Assembly: GCA_013239625.1 (NCBI GenBank)
Contig: MU056050.1
Location: 792,084-856,083 of the forward strand
Length of the DNA stretch: 64,000 nt
Direction of reading: 5' to 3'
Origin: Lama guanicoe
Taxonomy: Eukaryota
The first letter of the stretch is position 1; each line of letters starts with the position of its first letter. The notes under the pieces were generated by a model that did not search any database, was not told the origin of the DNA, and worked only from the letters and a program-made list of their open reading frames with translations. The position numbers and the translations under genes were made by a program. Below are positions 12,431-24,835 of this stretch, piece by piece.

Positions 12431-13274
12431 AAATTTTAGTATCTGTAGTGCCTAGACCCAGTTAGGTACTCATTATATGTTTGCTAAATGGTCTAAAAGT
12501 GAAATATTCTGCTTTTTCAGGCATCTTTCTTTTGTGTTATTCAGAGACAGAGTGAGCAGAAAGAGAAAACTGCATCTTTGAACTTTTAAACTACTTTCTG
12601 TTGGTGCTGAAAGATGCAATTTGGAGCTCACACCTGGAAGCGAGCAGTGCCCCTGCTGAGCTAACACTCCTCCCTAAATTGGTGATTCATTTTGGCTAAT
12701 CACCTTAGTTACATTCATTAGTTTCCTTTTCATTAAGCCAAATGTAATAACTGCCATTTTGGCTGGGTGTTGGGGTTAAGGTTGAATAAAGCCCTACAAT
12801 GGAAAAATTGCTAGCATAAATGGAAAAAAAAACCTTCCGTATCGAAACCAGCTTGGGACACTCTAACAAGACGAGATTCGTGTAGGCAGACCCTGTGGCC
12901 TGACTTTCCACTGGCCTTTGACCACAGCCCTCTCTGGTCCCATGCCTTGATGGAATAATTAGCTGCCTACATACTGTGAAGTGAGGTGGGTTAAAAGTCC
13001 TTGATTGCCATGAAGTGTCCCCCTTTATATATGCTACAGTATGTGAAACCTGCATGGCTTCAGGCTAAGAGAACTAAGGCCTTATTAAAGTTTAAATGTT
13101 TCCTCTAATAGGGGCCAACCCAAGTCACTATCAGCCGTTGCTGTCTTATTTGCAGCTCTTGCCCTATTTCCTTTGTTGTCCCTATTCCTCAGCTTTTCCC
13201 CCCTGAGCCCACAGGTATCGAAAAGTACAGATTTGCTCTTGCCTTCTGAGCCAGTCTTGAATAAGAAAAGAAGT

Positions 13275-13530
13275 AATAATCACACTGTTAACGTTTCATC
13301 AGTGCTTACTATGTATTAGATACCATGTTAAAAACTTTACATATATTATATCAATTTAATTCTTATGACAACTCAATGAGATTTTTATGGTGCTTATTTT
13401 GTGGAGGGTCAAATAGAGGCACAGAGAAGTTAAGCAATTTGCCTAAGGTTGCATAGTTTGGACGCGCTAGGATTTTCATCCAGATGGTGTGATGTCAAAG
13501 CCCATCATCTTATGTCATGCAGTGCTGCAT
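13275..13530 (-). mobile_element. MIR SINE
   Basis: GAGGCACAGAGAAGTTAAGCAATTTGCCTAAGGT core. Confidence 0.8.
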
Positions 13531-14391
13531 TTGTCAGCCTCAGTCTGACCATTTGAAATTGTCTTCTTTATCTCAGACCTTGTGTACTTGTGAACTCTGA
13601 ACTCCTACCTTGTCATTAAGCAATAGCAAGAGAGGGAACAGAGGCTGAGGAAAACAGATGGGTTTCAGAAATGGCCTAGTGGAAGGCAAGGGTGACCAAA
13701 CAGTTGTGTTACAGTTTTCTAAGTAATTATTAAAATAACTAACACTTACTGAGGGCTTATTCAGTAACAAGTACCATGTTATGTTCATCATCTGGAGGCA
13801 GTAGTTTGAGAGGTCCAGTCTAGATCCCCATCGCATCGTCATTACCCAGGACCACCTTGGATAGGATCTATAGGAACATTGTCTCAGTTAAAAGTAGGAC
13901 TCTAATACCCTAAAAAGTCTTAACAGTATCTTCTTGGACGGTTAGATGGTGCTCTCTTGGTTAGTTGCTGGTTTGGGAACCTGTTATATGTGGAAGAATC
14001 AATTAGAACCTCACTAACCATATTGGATAGTAGACTAATATTGAATGTTTTCAGGTTTAGGACAGAAACCATGATACCCTTTTGGAGATTGAGCTGCCCT
14101 CTCCTAAGCTGGCCTTTGAGACCAGTTTCCCAGTTTCTTACCAGACTAGCCTTAGCATCCTCGCAATTCACAAAGGTGCCTTCTTGGCAAGGTCTCAGCA
14201 TGCCTTGGGCCTAAGCCTGCTTGAGTTATGCCAGTGACCATTCAAGCATAAGATATCTACTTAGACCTTTTTCTTGATGGGATTTTTAATTTCTTGTACA
14301 CTATTTAGTGGAAATCAGAAGAATTCAGAAGCCTAGTGACTCATCTAGAAATAAATTTCCCTTTAGACTGTAAAAACAACTATTGCATTTG

Positions 14392-14432
14392 TTTTTATTG
14401 AGGTATGATTGACAAAATGAAATTGTATATCT
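14392..14432 (-). mobile_element. Ultra-short L1 3'-terminus insertion with TSD
   Basis: TTTTTATTGAGGTATGATTGACAAAATGAAATTGTATAT is the reverse complement of an L1MA-type 3' end, flanked by perfect AACTATTGCATTTG direct repeats (14378-14391, 14433-14446). Confidence 0.8.
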
Positions 14433-14734
14433 AACTATTGCATTTGGAAGCTACCTTGGTGGAGTGCTCTCCTCCATTTACATCTGTCTACAAAGCATCA
14501 CTAACAATACTGTTTCCCCACTTCTTGACTCTCAGAAGGATGCTTTAACATACTTACCTAAAGGTACAAAAGGTGGCACATAAAACCATTATGTTTGAAT
14601 TGTCTCAGGTAAAAGATCTGGTTTCACTTTATTTAAAAATATATACTAGTCCTAACCTATTCTTACTAAAACATGAGCTCTACATCTTTTACATTATTCA
14701 CATGTAGGTGGGATATCTTGCACAGAGCTAGCCA

Positions 14735-14890
14735 CAGTCTTATGCCTAACTCAGTTCTGTTTGCTCATTAGTGAGCTAGGGGAACAGTAGACTATGTTAA
14801 GTGATGGAGAGCAGCTGTCTAATTCACATGTGGATTAAACTCATAACCTTGGCCTCATGAGCTTTATGCTTTAATATACTGAGTTAACCA
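14735..14890 (-). mobile_element. Ancient tRNA-derived SINE (MamSINE1-like)
   Basis: Reverse complement reads GGTTAACTCAGTATATTAAAGCAT...ATGAGGCCAAGGTTATGAGTTTAATCCACATG, a decayed tRNA head with A/B-box remnants. Confidence 0.5.
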
Positions 14891-15395
14891 TCAGGTTTAT
14901 GTACTTGTTCATATATGCAAATTACATTCCTTTACCCCACTTTCCCATCTCCAGTTTTTAAGTACATTTTCGGTCATGTGTAGAAACTGCCTTTATGCAG
15001 TTACCAGAGCTGTGAGGCCAAAAACCATGAAGTACCATCTTAAAATGTGAGATGTTAAATTTTGATGTAAGGATGGTTAGTGTAGGTTAGATATATAATA
15101 GATGTATCTTCTGTCCTGTGATTTGTAGGACAAAAAAATAATGTACGTTATATATTTGGAAAATTTGGCTTCTATGAATTTAGAAAGATAAAGGAAGAAC
15201 TAGCTCGCTCTTAGGCAGTATTTGTTCAGCATGCCATTACTCAACAATACCAAGGAATCAGAGTTGTATCCTGGTGTGTACCTGGGCCAATATTTTTCAG
15301 ATGAGCCCTATTACCCTTGACCCTCAACAGAATTTCCTTACACAGTTCTGCAGATGAACAAATTGTTATCTGACTTACTAAGCCTGTTTCTAGAT

Positions 15396-15570
15396 CAGTG
15401 TTTCTTTAAGTGTGATCTATAAATTACCACTATCAACTGTATTGGGCATATGTTGAACATACAGATTTCTGGGCCCTGCCTCAGACATATGAGTCAGAAT
15501 CTCTGGAGGTAGGGTCCAAAGAGCTGCATGTTTAACACATGCTTCTGTTCTGATAACTATTGCTCAACCC
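15396..15570. mobile_element. MER5B/MER5A hAT-Charlie MITE
   Basis: CAGTGTTTCTTTAAGTGTG...CAGATTTCTGGGCCCTGCCTCAGAC...AGTCAGAATCTCTGG. Confidence 0.75.
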
Positions 15571-16282
15571 TTTAGGCAGTATTGCCTCATTTTGGAATAC
15601 TTTCCCCCTTATTCTTGCCTGTGGTACTCCTGCTCATCTCTCAAGACCTGGTTCAGAGGGTGTTTCCTCAACGAGGCCATAGTGATAAACTTCCCTCATT
15701 CCCACCAGATGAGCTGGCTATGGAATGGGAAAAATGGGCGCATGAGAGCTGGGGCTCGAGGAAGAGTTGAGAGAACTGGTATGGGATAGCTTAGGCAGAA
15801 TTGGAAGACGGTCTCTGAGTTTTATAAGGAAATTCTGCCCTGGGTTTCACACGTGTGTGTGCTGCAAGGGAGAGAAGATGAATAAACCAGTAACCAAGTA
15901 ACAGCAGATCTGATTGGTCAGAGCATTGAATTCCAGTCACATAGCAACCATGTTTGAGGAGGAGGTTTGGTGGCCATATCAGGACAAGGAAGTAGGAGGT
16001 AAAAAGAGACAAAATGCCCACTTGACAACAGCCTCAGGAGTAGAGAGGGATAAAATTATTTTAAGAACTTCAGAAAATACTTGCACGAAACTGAATAAAT
16101 ATATTACTTGTACACATATGTAGCATTTTTCAAATGTGTGTATCCTGGGATTCAGTTACTATCTGTCACCGTGTTTTCTCAACCATCAGTATAGCTATTG
16201 TTATGTGAAGGTCTTAGAAAGTGTTTGATAGTAAAGAGGGGTTCTCATATTTTCTGAAAACAACTAGAAACTATTAACCTAG

Positions 16283-16632
16283 TGCCTGAGATGGTTTGGG
16301 CTGCTAAAACAATACTGTGACTAGGTGGCTTATATACAACAGAAATTTATTTCTCACAGTCCTGGAGGCTGAAAGTCTACAATCAGGGTGCCAGCACGGT
16401 TGGCTTCTTGGTGGGGCCTGATCCTTGTTTCTAATTGCTGTGGCCTCACATGATGGAAGGGGTGAGAGAGCTCTGTGGGCTTTTTCTAAGTGTATCAATC
16501 CTATTTATGAGAGCTCCACTCTCATGAACTAAACACTTCCCCAAAGCCCCATTTCCTAATACCGTGACAGTGGGAGTTAGGATTTCAGCATATGAATTTG
16601 GAGGGGGGGACACAAACATTTAGTCCATAATA
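16283..16632 (-). mobile_element. MaLR solo LTR (MLT1A0-like)
   Basis: AACAGAAATTTATTTCTCACAGTCCTGGAGGCTG...GGACACAAACATTTAGTCCATAA; 5-bp TSD CCTAG at 16278-16282 and 16633-16637. Confidence 0.9.
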
Positions 16633-17629
16633 CCTAGTTATACCACACTGTATGAACAGGTGAGAAAGTCAGCCAAAAAAAAAGGTGGAAGCCAGTCATT
16701 GCTGGTCAGTTAGCTGCTTATAGCTGAAGTTCTCTTCAGGTAAAAGGTAGATACCAGCAGGACTGGGCTTGGCCAGGGTGAGAGTAGAAGCAGCTTGTTT
16801 TCCCCTCCCAGGACATTACTCTGGGACTGCCTGTCTTCTGTCCAAGCTTGCCCTCCCATGCATCTCATTCCTCTGGCTCCCAGCAGTCCCTCTCTAGGTG
16901 GTGGACTGTGATCTCTTACTGCCATGGGACGTGACTCTATCAGAGAAACTGTGGTTCGCACGTGAGTCATTTTACCTTGAGCTTGTACTCCTTTCCTGTC
17001 AGTTTTCTCTCATACTAATTGTGGTACCTGACATCCATGAACATTGGGCCCATCTCCCAGCAGTTATAAGGAGGCAGAAAAGAAATGACAGAAGGTCACA
17101 TCTTAGTTAAAATAATGTTGGATGTCACTGTGTTCATTGCTTTGAAATGCCTGAGGCTTTATATTTTTCAAAAGTCTGTTTAATGATCTGCCTCATTTTA
17201 GGAAGAAAAGCATCTAGTTGGACTAAAAGCATCTAGCAAAGATAAACTTCCATCTATAGGTAAACTGCTTTGTGACATGGAATGATCTGCTTGCCTTGAG
17301 TGCTCGTTAATTTGTGTTCCTCAAACTCACCGTACATGAACATAGGACACAGTGAGTAGTTTTACTTCCTGGTTAGCGCAGCAGCTATGTCACCCCTGAG
17401 ACCCTTAGCCCTAACCAGAGTTCTCATGCAGTCACGCAGTGACAGAGCTCGTTTCCAAAGCCCTGATTTCATACTTGGGGGACCGAGGCTTAGAGAGGCC
17501 TTGAATCATGAAATATCAATATTTGAAGGCCTTCTAATCTAGTCAAGAAACTAGCTCAGAATCATCCAGTTAGTTAGCAGATGTGGCAGGACCACATTCC
17601 TGAGAGAATGTATCATCATGGCTTTGTTT

Positions 17630-18141
17630 AAAGTATGGTACTTACCATGTTCCAAGCACTGTTTTAAGCACTTTACAAATATTAACACCTATGAGGTGTT
17701 CACAACACACGCATGAAGCAGGTAATAGTATTTTCATCTCCATTTCACTGAGAAGAAACTGAGTCACAGAGAACAAGTAGTTTTACCATTATCACCCAGC
17801 TATCAAATTGTTGTTTAACCTAATCTCAGTGTTTTAAGATTAGTAGCAGGATTAATTCAAATTATACGTGTGAGGTTCTTAGCACAGGCTTCAGATGAGC
17901 GTTCTTATTATGGAGGTTTTTACTACATGTTGTAGTGGGGAAAAAAGTAGGTTCTGAAGTTACACCTACCTTTGTTCCAGTTTAGGCTCTGCCACTAAAT
18001 GGTTGAGTGATTTCTGATGATTTCTGAGAGCCTCACTTTCCTCATCTGTGAAAAGAGTATTATTTTCCAGGGCTTATGTGGAGATGAAATGAGAGGAGCT
18101 GTGGTAAGTATCTGATGCAATGTCTGGCCTCCAGCAGGTGC
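17630..18141. mobile_element. Cluster of MIR fragments (minus ~17630-17810; plus ~17815-17910 and ~17925-18141)
   Basis: GAAACTGAGTCACAGAG; GGCTCTGCCACT...CCTCACTTTCCTCATCTGTGAAA. Confidence 0.7.
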
Positions 18142-18616
18142 TGCGTTAGTTTCCTATTGCTGTTTGACAAATCACCATGAAGTTAGTGGCTTAAACAATG
18201 CAAACTTATTATTTTATAATTGTAAAAGTCAGAAGTCTGGGATGAGTCTGACAGGGCTAAAATCAAAGTGTCAGCGTGGCTGATTGTTATGGAAGCTTCA
18301 GGGAAGAATTCATTCCTTCCTTCTTTCAGCTTTTGGTAGTTGACATTCCTTGGCTTGTGGCCACCTTACTTTAAGCTCTGCTTTAGTTGTCACACTGTGC
18401 TGTCTTCTCTGTTGAAGTATCTCCCTCTGCATTGCTCTTCTAAGGATACTTGTGATGGCATTTAGGGACCATCTCATGATAACCCAGGAGAATCTCCTCA
18501 TAACAAAATCCTTAACATAATCATACCTGCAAAGTTTTTGGTCGTACAAGGTAGCATTCACAGGTTCCGCAGATGAGGACTTGGATATCTTTGGAAGGCT
18601 ATTATTCAGCCTACCA
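18142..18616 (-). mobile_element. MaLR solo LTR (MLT1C/D-like) inserted in a MIR tail
   Basis: TG...TTAGTTTCCTATTGCTG start and ATTATTCAGCCTACCA end; 5-bp TSD GGTGC at 18137-18141 and 18617-18621. Confidence 0.9.
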
Positions 18617-19521
18617 GGTGCTTAGTGACTCTCATTAGTATTAGAATCCAGGCCTTCTCAATACAGGGATGTTTCCTTTACATTCACTTAATCATAATCA
18701 ACTTCCCATGGGCACTGTCTGTAGAGAATCCAAAAACAATAATGAAACCGAAAGTCAATCTGCATTTTATCACTGAAAATTCTAAACAACATAGTGATAA
18801 AATTGTCTTCCCAACTGGGCAGACCTGTGTTACTGCATCCCCTACTTTTGGTATATCACTCCTCAGGATGGACTGTGAAGTCCTGGGAAGAAGGATTTGG
18901 GCACAGTACTGTCTCTTATATTTATTCCACCATCATTTATTTTTGTACCCAACTTCTGTTCTATAACTAATACGGTGTCATCTGACCCCGTATCCAAGGG
19001 TTCTGAAGGCTGCTTTGAGGCAGGTGGTTAATTGGATGGTATCCTTTGTAAAGCTGGAAAGCAACCCCCAATTCTCCCTAGAAAAGCCTCATGAGAAAGA
19101 GGTTTGGGGATGGATTCAGAGCTTCCCATAGCCCTTAATTTAGAATAAAGGAAATTATTCTTTGTTGCCAGAAAATGAGGCATAGATTACCTGGTGGGAG
19201 GGTACATAAATTATTGTTATGACAAATGGAAAATGAAGATCGAATTAGCAAGTGAAGGAAAGATACAAGGAAAGGAAGACTTATGCAGCCCCTCTGTGGT
19301 CTTTGCACCCATAGTTGAAATCCAGGTTATCAAAGGGAAATAAGGAACCAGAGACTGAGAGAGCTGCAGGAGACCTCACAGTTCAGACTGAAGCCATCAT
19401 TTCATCTGCCGGGTAGCTGAAGGCCAGAAGGCAGAAAAGACTTGTTCCAAGGTCCACAGCAAGGCAGCGACAGAAATATCTTTTCTTATGTTTTTAAGAA
19501 GCAGTCGCAATTTGCACAAGG

Positions 19522-19523
<2 letters not shown>

Positions 19524-19575
<52 letters not shown>

Positions 19576-19587
19576 TCTCCCTCCCTC
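19524..19587 (+). repeat. (CT)n microsatellite with CCCT tail
   Basis: Long uninterrupted TC run, one G interruption, then (CCCT)n. Confidence 0.95.
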
Positions 19588-19960
19588 AAACATACTCACT
19601 CACACTTACATTCATACACACTTGTTTCCTTCCCCTTGCACACTGATTTTAAAAAATTGTTCTCCAAGGATGTTACAATCCTATTTTACTTATGGCTGTT
19701 CTTTGGCATTCTCTTTACTGTGGCTCAGGTTGCCAAATGTAAGCAGTTGTCGACATAGTCATAGAATAATCTGTAGCTACTTACCTCAGTTGATTGGAAC
19801 AAACCTTCCTTCACTACATGCGGAAAGCCTATGAGGGCCACAATGGTGGCTCAGCACCCCATCAGCGACTAGGTAGTTTGTGTCTGTTCCAGGGTCTCAG
19901 ACTATATCCTTAGACATTCTTTTGAAAAAAGCATTTCATTGGACTCAGACAGTAAATACA

Positions 19961-20410
19961 CAGCCATACCCTTTTATTGCACTTACTTTATTGTGCTTCT
20001 TTGATATTGCTTTTTTTGTTTCTTTGTTTGATTTTACAAGTTGAAGGTTTCTGGCAATCTTGCATCAAGCGAGTCTGTCTGCAGCATTTCTTCAGCAGCA
20101 TTTGCACACTTCCTGTCTCTGTCACGTTTTGGTAATTCTCAGAATATTTCAAACTTTTTCATTATAATTGAGCTGAAACCTCAGATGATGGCTGGCATTT
20201 TTTAACAATAAGATATTTTTAAATTAAGGTATGTAAGTTGGTTTTTTTAGACACACTGCTACTGCCCACTTAATAGACTGCAGTATAGCATAGACAGAGC
20301 ATTTATATGCACTGGGAAACCAAAAAATTCATGTGACTGACTTTACACATTGCAATATTCCCTTTGTGATGGTCTAGAACCCAATCTGCAGGGTCTCCTA
20401 GATAGGCCTG
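19961..20410 (+). mobile_element. Tigger1 internal-deletion derivative (TcMar-Tigger)
   Basis: CAGCCATACC...TTTTATTGC left end, GAAGGTTTCTGGCAA, ATGCACTGGGAAACCAAAAAATT, ...GATAGGCCTG right end. Confidence 0.85.
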
Positions 20411-20855
20411 CACGTAGATCTCTTCCTGCACCTGGAAGGACAACTCGGTGCTCACATTGGCTTGTTGGTAGCCCTTTAGTGCCAGCTTTAGGTGAAGGCC
20501 GATTGCCAGTCTACTAGGGGCATGTTGACAAAAGCATCTGGCACACTGCTGGGTATTTTTACCATGGAGCCACCTAATTCTTACAGGTAATCCACATTCC
20601 TGAGTTGGTCACTACACTTGCAGCAAAATAGTTACCGTAGCGCTGGACTGTCTTGGTCTGAGTGTGTGGTCGGGAAGGTAGCAGTATAGGAAGGCAGCTA
20701 GCAACCCTAGCTTCACAGTCTGGCTCTGCATCTATGCCTTCTCTCTTGTCGCTCATTCGGCATCCCTCTTACTGGAACCTATCCCTGCCCATGTCTTAAC
20801 CCCTGTTACCCTAATCTTTCACCTGATTCCTGGCCCTTCATTGCTTTACCTCTAG

Positions 20856-20978
20856 GTCTGGTTTCCTGCTGGCTGAAGCTTGACCGTACAAGCTCTCAAA
20901 CTGGTGGGTCTCCTGGACTTTCACACTTGATTCAAGGAGAGCCACTCTGCTTATATGTTTTGTTGGCTGAGTTGCTAG
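20856..20978 (+). other. Candidate 123-nt cassette exon (unverified)
   Basis: Branch-like CCCTAAT/CCTGAT, pyrimidine tract ...CTTTACCTCTAG| acceptor, TAG|GTAAGA donor, open phase 1-1 frame. Confidence 0.25.
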
Positions 20979-22159
20979 GTAAGATTGTTTTTTCAGGTTG
21001 AGGTGAGGGGAAAATGCGTGTTTCACTGCTAAAGAAAAAAGATCAGTTTGAATGTCACTGGCCTACTGGGTGTGTAAGGAATCTTAGCTGATTCTGTTTT
21101 AGGTGGGTGTTAGAGCCTCAAACGTTCTTAGCATATTTAATGTTTGATACGGACTTGTTGTCAAATCAGTCAGACGCAGAGGGTCAATGTCCAGGAGCAT
21201 TTGGGAAAAATAAAGTTTTGGTTCCTTTGAGGGACCTTAGAAAAACGTTTTAAGTATTTAAAAATTATTTTGTTGCAAGATTTTTTACAAATATCTGATC
21301 TAGGGTGGGATGGAAGAGTTAGGTTAGGCAGAAACTAGTAATAAGGTCAGGTGCATTTGTGAAAGCCAAGCCATTCAACTTGCTGGCTCTTTGCCTCTGC
21401 TTCTGCTGTGTTACTTACAAGTTGTAAAATGGCATTAATACGGAGAAAGTTGATAATAGTAGTGTCAGAAATGATCAAAGAACACAAACAAATGACAATA
21501 AGAACATTAAAGTTTATGAGCTGATGGAGATTGAACACATGCTTTCAACATTGAAACCTCTTTCTGTTTGAAGAAGAGATTAGGTATAATTGTTTTGTTC
21601 TTTTAAAATGATACTCTTGAAACACCATAAGTTTTTCAGCCTGTTTGCTTGGGTGATGTACATAGAAATTGATTAATTCTCAGAAATGCTTGGAGTAGGT
21701 GATAGGTGATGTAGGAGGGAACATGGCAGAGTAAAAAAGATATTGTTTAAGGCTTTATGAGCAATTCAGTCTTGAAAAATTTGCATAAAACATCTTCCCT
21801 AATACATGGCGTGCTATGGTTTATCTACTTTATAGATCAACTGTATATTATTTTGGTTTTTGAGCTGGTTGGAATAGCTGAAAACAAAGCAGTCAAACCA
21901 AGGAAATTAAATTCTCTAGATGTGTCTGAATTTATATCGCAGTTCTAACAGTGATTCCACTCTTACAGCTTTGTAGAAGATGGAAAATTTCTCCACTAAT
22001 CTGTGGTGATGATTTCCAAAATGGCAAAGCTTTGGATTTAAAGATAATAAGGGACACTGACTGGAACACCTTGGGGACTATTACATTAGTCCCCAGTTTG
22101 GTTTTGAATAATAGAATTTCAGTGTTTTAAAATATTCCATCACTTTCCAGTACACTTAG

Positions 22160-22320
22160 TGATTTCATCCATTCTTTTACTTGTTTAGCAACTATTAAAT
22201 ATCTACATGGAGGCAGTGTTCTAAGTGCTGAGAATATAGCAGTGAACAAAACAGACAAAATTCTACTATCATTAAGGTTGATTTCTAGTGAAGGGAGAAA
22301 GAAAAATGATTAAAATATAA
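22160..22320 (-). mobile_element. L2 3' end
   Basis: GTTCTAAGTGCTGAGAATATAGCAGTGAACAAAACAGACAAAA. Confidence 0.8.
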
Positions 22321-22928
22321 TAAGAATATAGCTTAATAGGATTCCTTAGAAGAGCTGCCTTAGTAGCTAATTATCTGATTGTCATATCTGTTATTTGCAT
22401 ATGTTATTGGCAAATAGGCTTCTTAGAAAATACTTGAAGTTGTTGGTTAAAAGTATGAATATCTTCCTTGAAATTTTGTCTATGGTACTATTTTGCATAC
22501 CAAACTTTTTTCAAATGGTAACAAATTTCATATTATTATGGTCTAAAATAGTAAGATTCTTTTACAAACCAATCTGTAGATTTATATTTGTCTTTTGTCT
22601 TATGATATCTTAAGGAGAAATCTCAACTCTTGACCTTGTCATTAGATGAAATGTAAGTAGCTTTGGAACATATGAGGTAGTTTCTTCAATTTGCTAAACA
22701 AATAAAAATGAAGAGCAAATGTGGTTTAGACAAGGCTTGGGAAGAGGCATGTTATGGCTGTGATCAGAAGAGACAAAAATTGATTGCTTGTGGTGTCTTT
22801 TAATCATAGGCCAGAATAGAATGACTTTATGTACAAATAAAACCTTACAATCTTTCTTCCAAAATTGATTAATTTATTCCATATCCATTGACTGCACATG
22901 TATAATTTGCAAAGCATTGTGCAGGGGG

Positions 22929-22963
22929 AGTGCGTGTGTGCACGTGCGTGTGTGCGTGTGTGT
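22929..22963. repeat. Mixed (GT)/(GC) alternating purine-pyrimidine repeat
   Basis: GTGCGTGTGTGCACGTGCGTGTGTGCGTGTGTGT. Confidence 0.9.
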
Positions 22964-24649
22964 AAGGGGCCAAAAGAAGAGAAGGAACGAGAGGGAAGTA
23001 AGAGTGTACAAGCTGAGTCAGTTCTCAGCATGCGGGAACACATACATATGGATAAATAGGATAAAAATATTAAAATAAGTTCCCTGTAAAAAAGAAAAAT
23101 TTTTTTTTTGAAAAGAAAATTGTGTGAGTTCAAGGCAAGGAGTTGTCATTTCTGCCTGATGACAACTGGAGAAAGCTCCATGAAGGAAGATGTCTGGATT
23201 TACTTTGCTTTGATGTTCTATTAAATTGAGACCAGGATCTTGTGTATTATAATTTGATGGGCACTGAAATGTCCACCTACACAAAAATGTATCCCTTCCT
23301 GACCTTAGGATAGGACCCCAAATTCCTCTTGTTATTTGATTCTTTGGAAGTTTATATAATAGCCCAGTTGTGATTAGATGGATGGAGGAACATCAAAAAC
23401 CATTTGGCCTCCATTAATGCCTTGGTTAGGATTTGTTTCTCAAATAAATCATAAAGAGAAAATTTCTGAGAAAATAAGACACAGAATTGGAAGGTTCTAC
23501 TTGTCAGTGTGGTGAGAAGGAAAAACAATAGAATAGTAGCCTAGGAGAAGGGTCTTGGTATGGGTAAGCAGATGACTGCATGGACTTCCTTGGTACTTGG
23601 TGTTGAGGAGTTCTGAAAGATGAAAGGGAAACCCACATCTTTGCCTGAACTCATGGTGGTCTTCCACTCTTACCCATTTCATTGGATGACAACTTCACCC
23701 ATCCACTTGTATTCACTGGGGACCTGACGGTAGTCATCAGTGGAACCTGACATACCCTTCTCTTTCTGTTGCTTTCCTCTGTTTGTCGTGAAGGAGAGGA
23801 AACACAGATTGCAAGTTTAGGGCATCGGTGGAAACAACTGCAGCCTCTTTTAAGATCTTGTAATGGGCAGCCAAATGTCAATCTTTCATGTGAGAAAATT
23901 CTAGAGTGAAGAAGTTTCTTTATATGAGGGTTGTCTTCCAGCTCCAATTTACTGCAGTAAACCTCACAGAGACTCATGAACTCTAGAAAGCTTTTGATTC
24001 TATGAGAGAAATTCAGGGTATCTGGAGGATCATTTTTCACTTCTCTCTCTTAGGGAGATAGAAATGATAGGTAACAATTGAGAGTTCATGAACCAAATTT
24101 TTTTATTTCTTTAAGTCTTACTCTAAGATACAAACTTTTTTTGGTAAGTCTTGAAACTTCAGTGAGGTTACACTTTTGAAGAAAAAAAGAATGTTTAGAG
24201 AATCCATATACTAAATGATCTTTGAATCGGTTTTCCATGTGTAAGGTGAGATCAGCTAATTTGTCAAGTCTGTATAAACCAAGCACTGGTGTAGTTTCCC
24301 AAATTGTAAGCATAGTGATAAAGAATAAATGAATAGCTGGTGAACCTTGAAACTCATACACAGTGTTAGAGAAAGTCATGTGACATTTATAAAGGACAAT
24401 AGTTCTAAAATGCAAGTGAACTATGCTACTGCAATCTTAAAAACATAAGTAATACTATATCATTGTTATAGTCATATTTACATAGCTGTAGATTTCTATG
24501 GGATTTTACCTAAGCCTGCATAAATTTACATCGAGTAGTACTTAAGAGAACAAATCGTGGATATTTAAAAATTAAAGTTCCACCCTTGATAGACTGGAAT
24601 AAATAAATACACAAATAACACAAACAAATATACTGCAGTATGATTGTAT

Positions 24650-24835
24650 AACAGTAATAATATCAACATAGTGCTTCTTGTGCCAGATATTCTAAACGCT
24701 TTATGTATTATCCTATTTAACTCTTACAACAGTCCTTTGATGTATGAATATGATTACCTTCATTTTACAGGTGAGAAAGCTAAAAGACATGAACATTAGT
24801 AACTAAATTTCACTCACTCTTGTTTCTTCCTACTT
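24650..24835 (-). mobile_element. MIR SINE
   Basis: ATTTAACTCTTACAACAG...CATTTTACAGGTGAGAAAGCT. Confidence 0.75.

Noticed and set aside
17206..17236. Direct repeat AAAAGCATCTAG x2 (similar case at 43732-43756)
   Set aside because: Only two short units, consistent with slippage; not an array
19442..19834. 130-aa ORF with SLSLSL run
   Set aside because: Product of the (CT)n microsatellite
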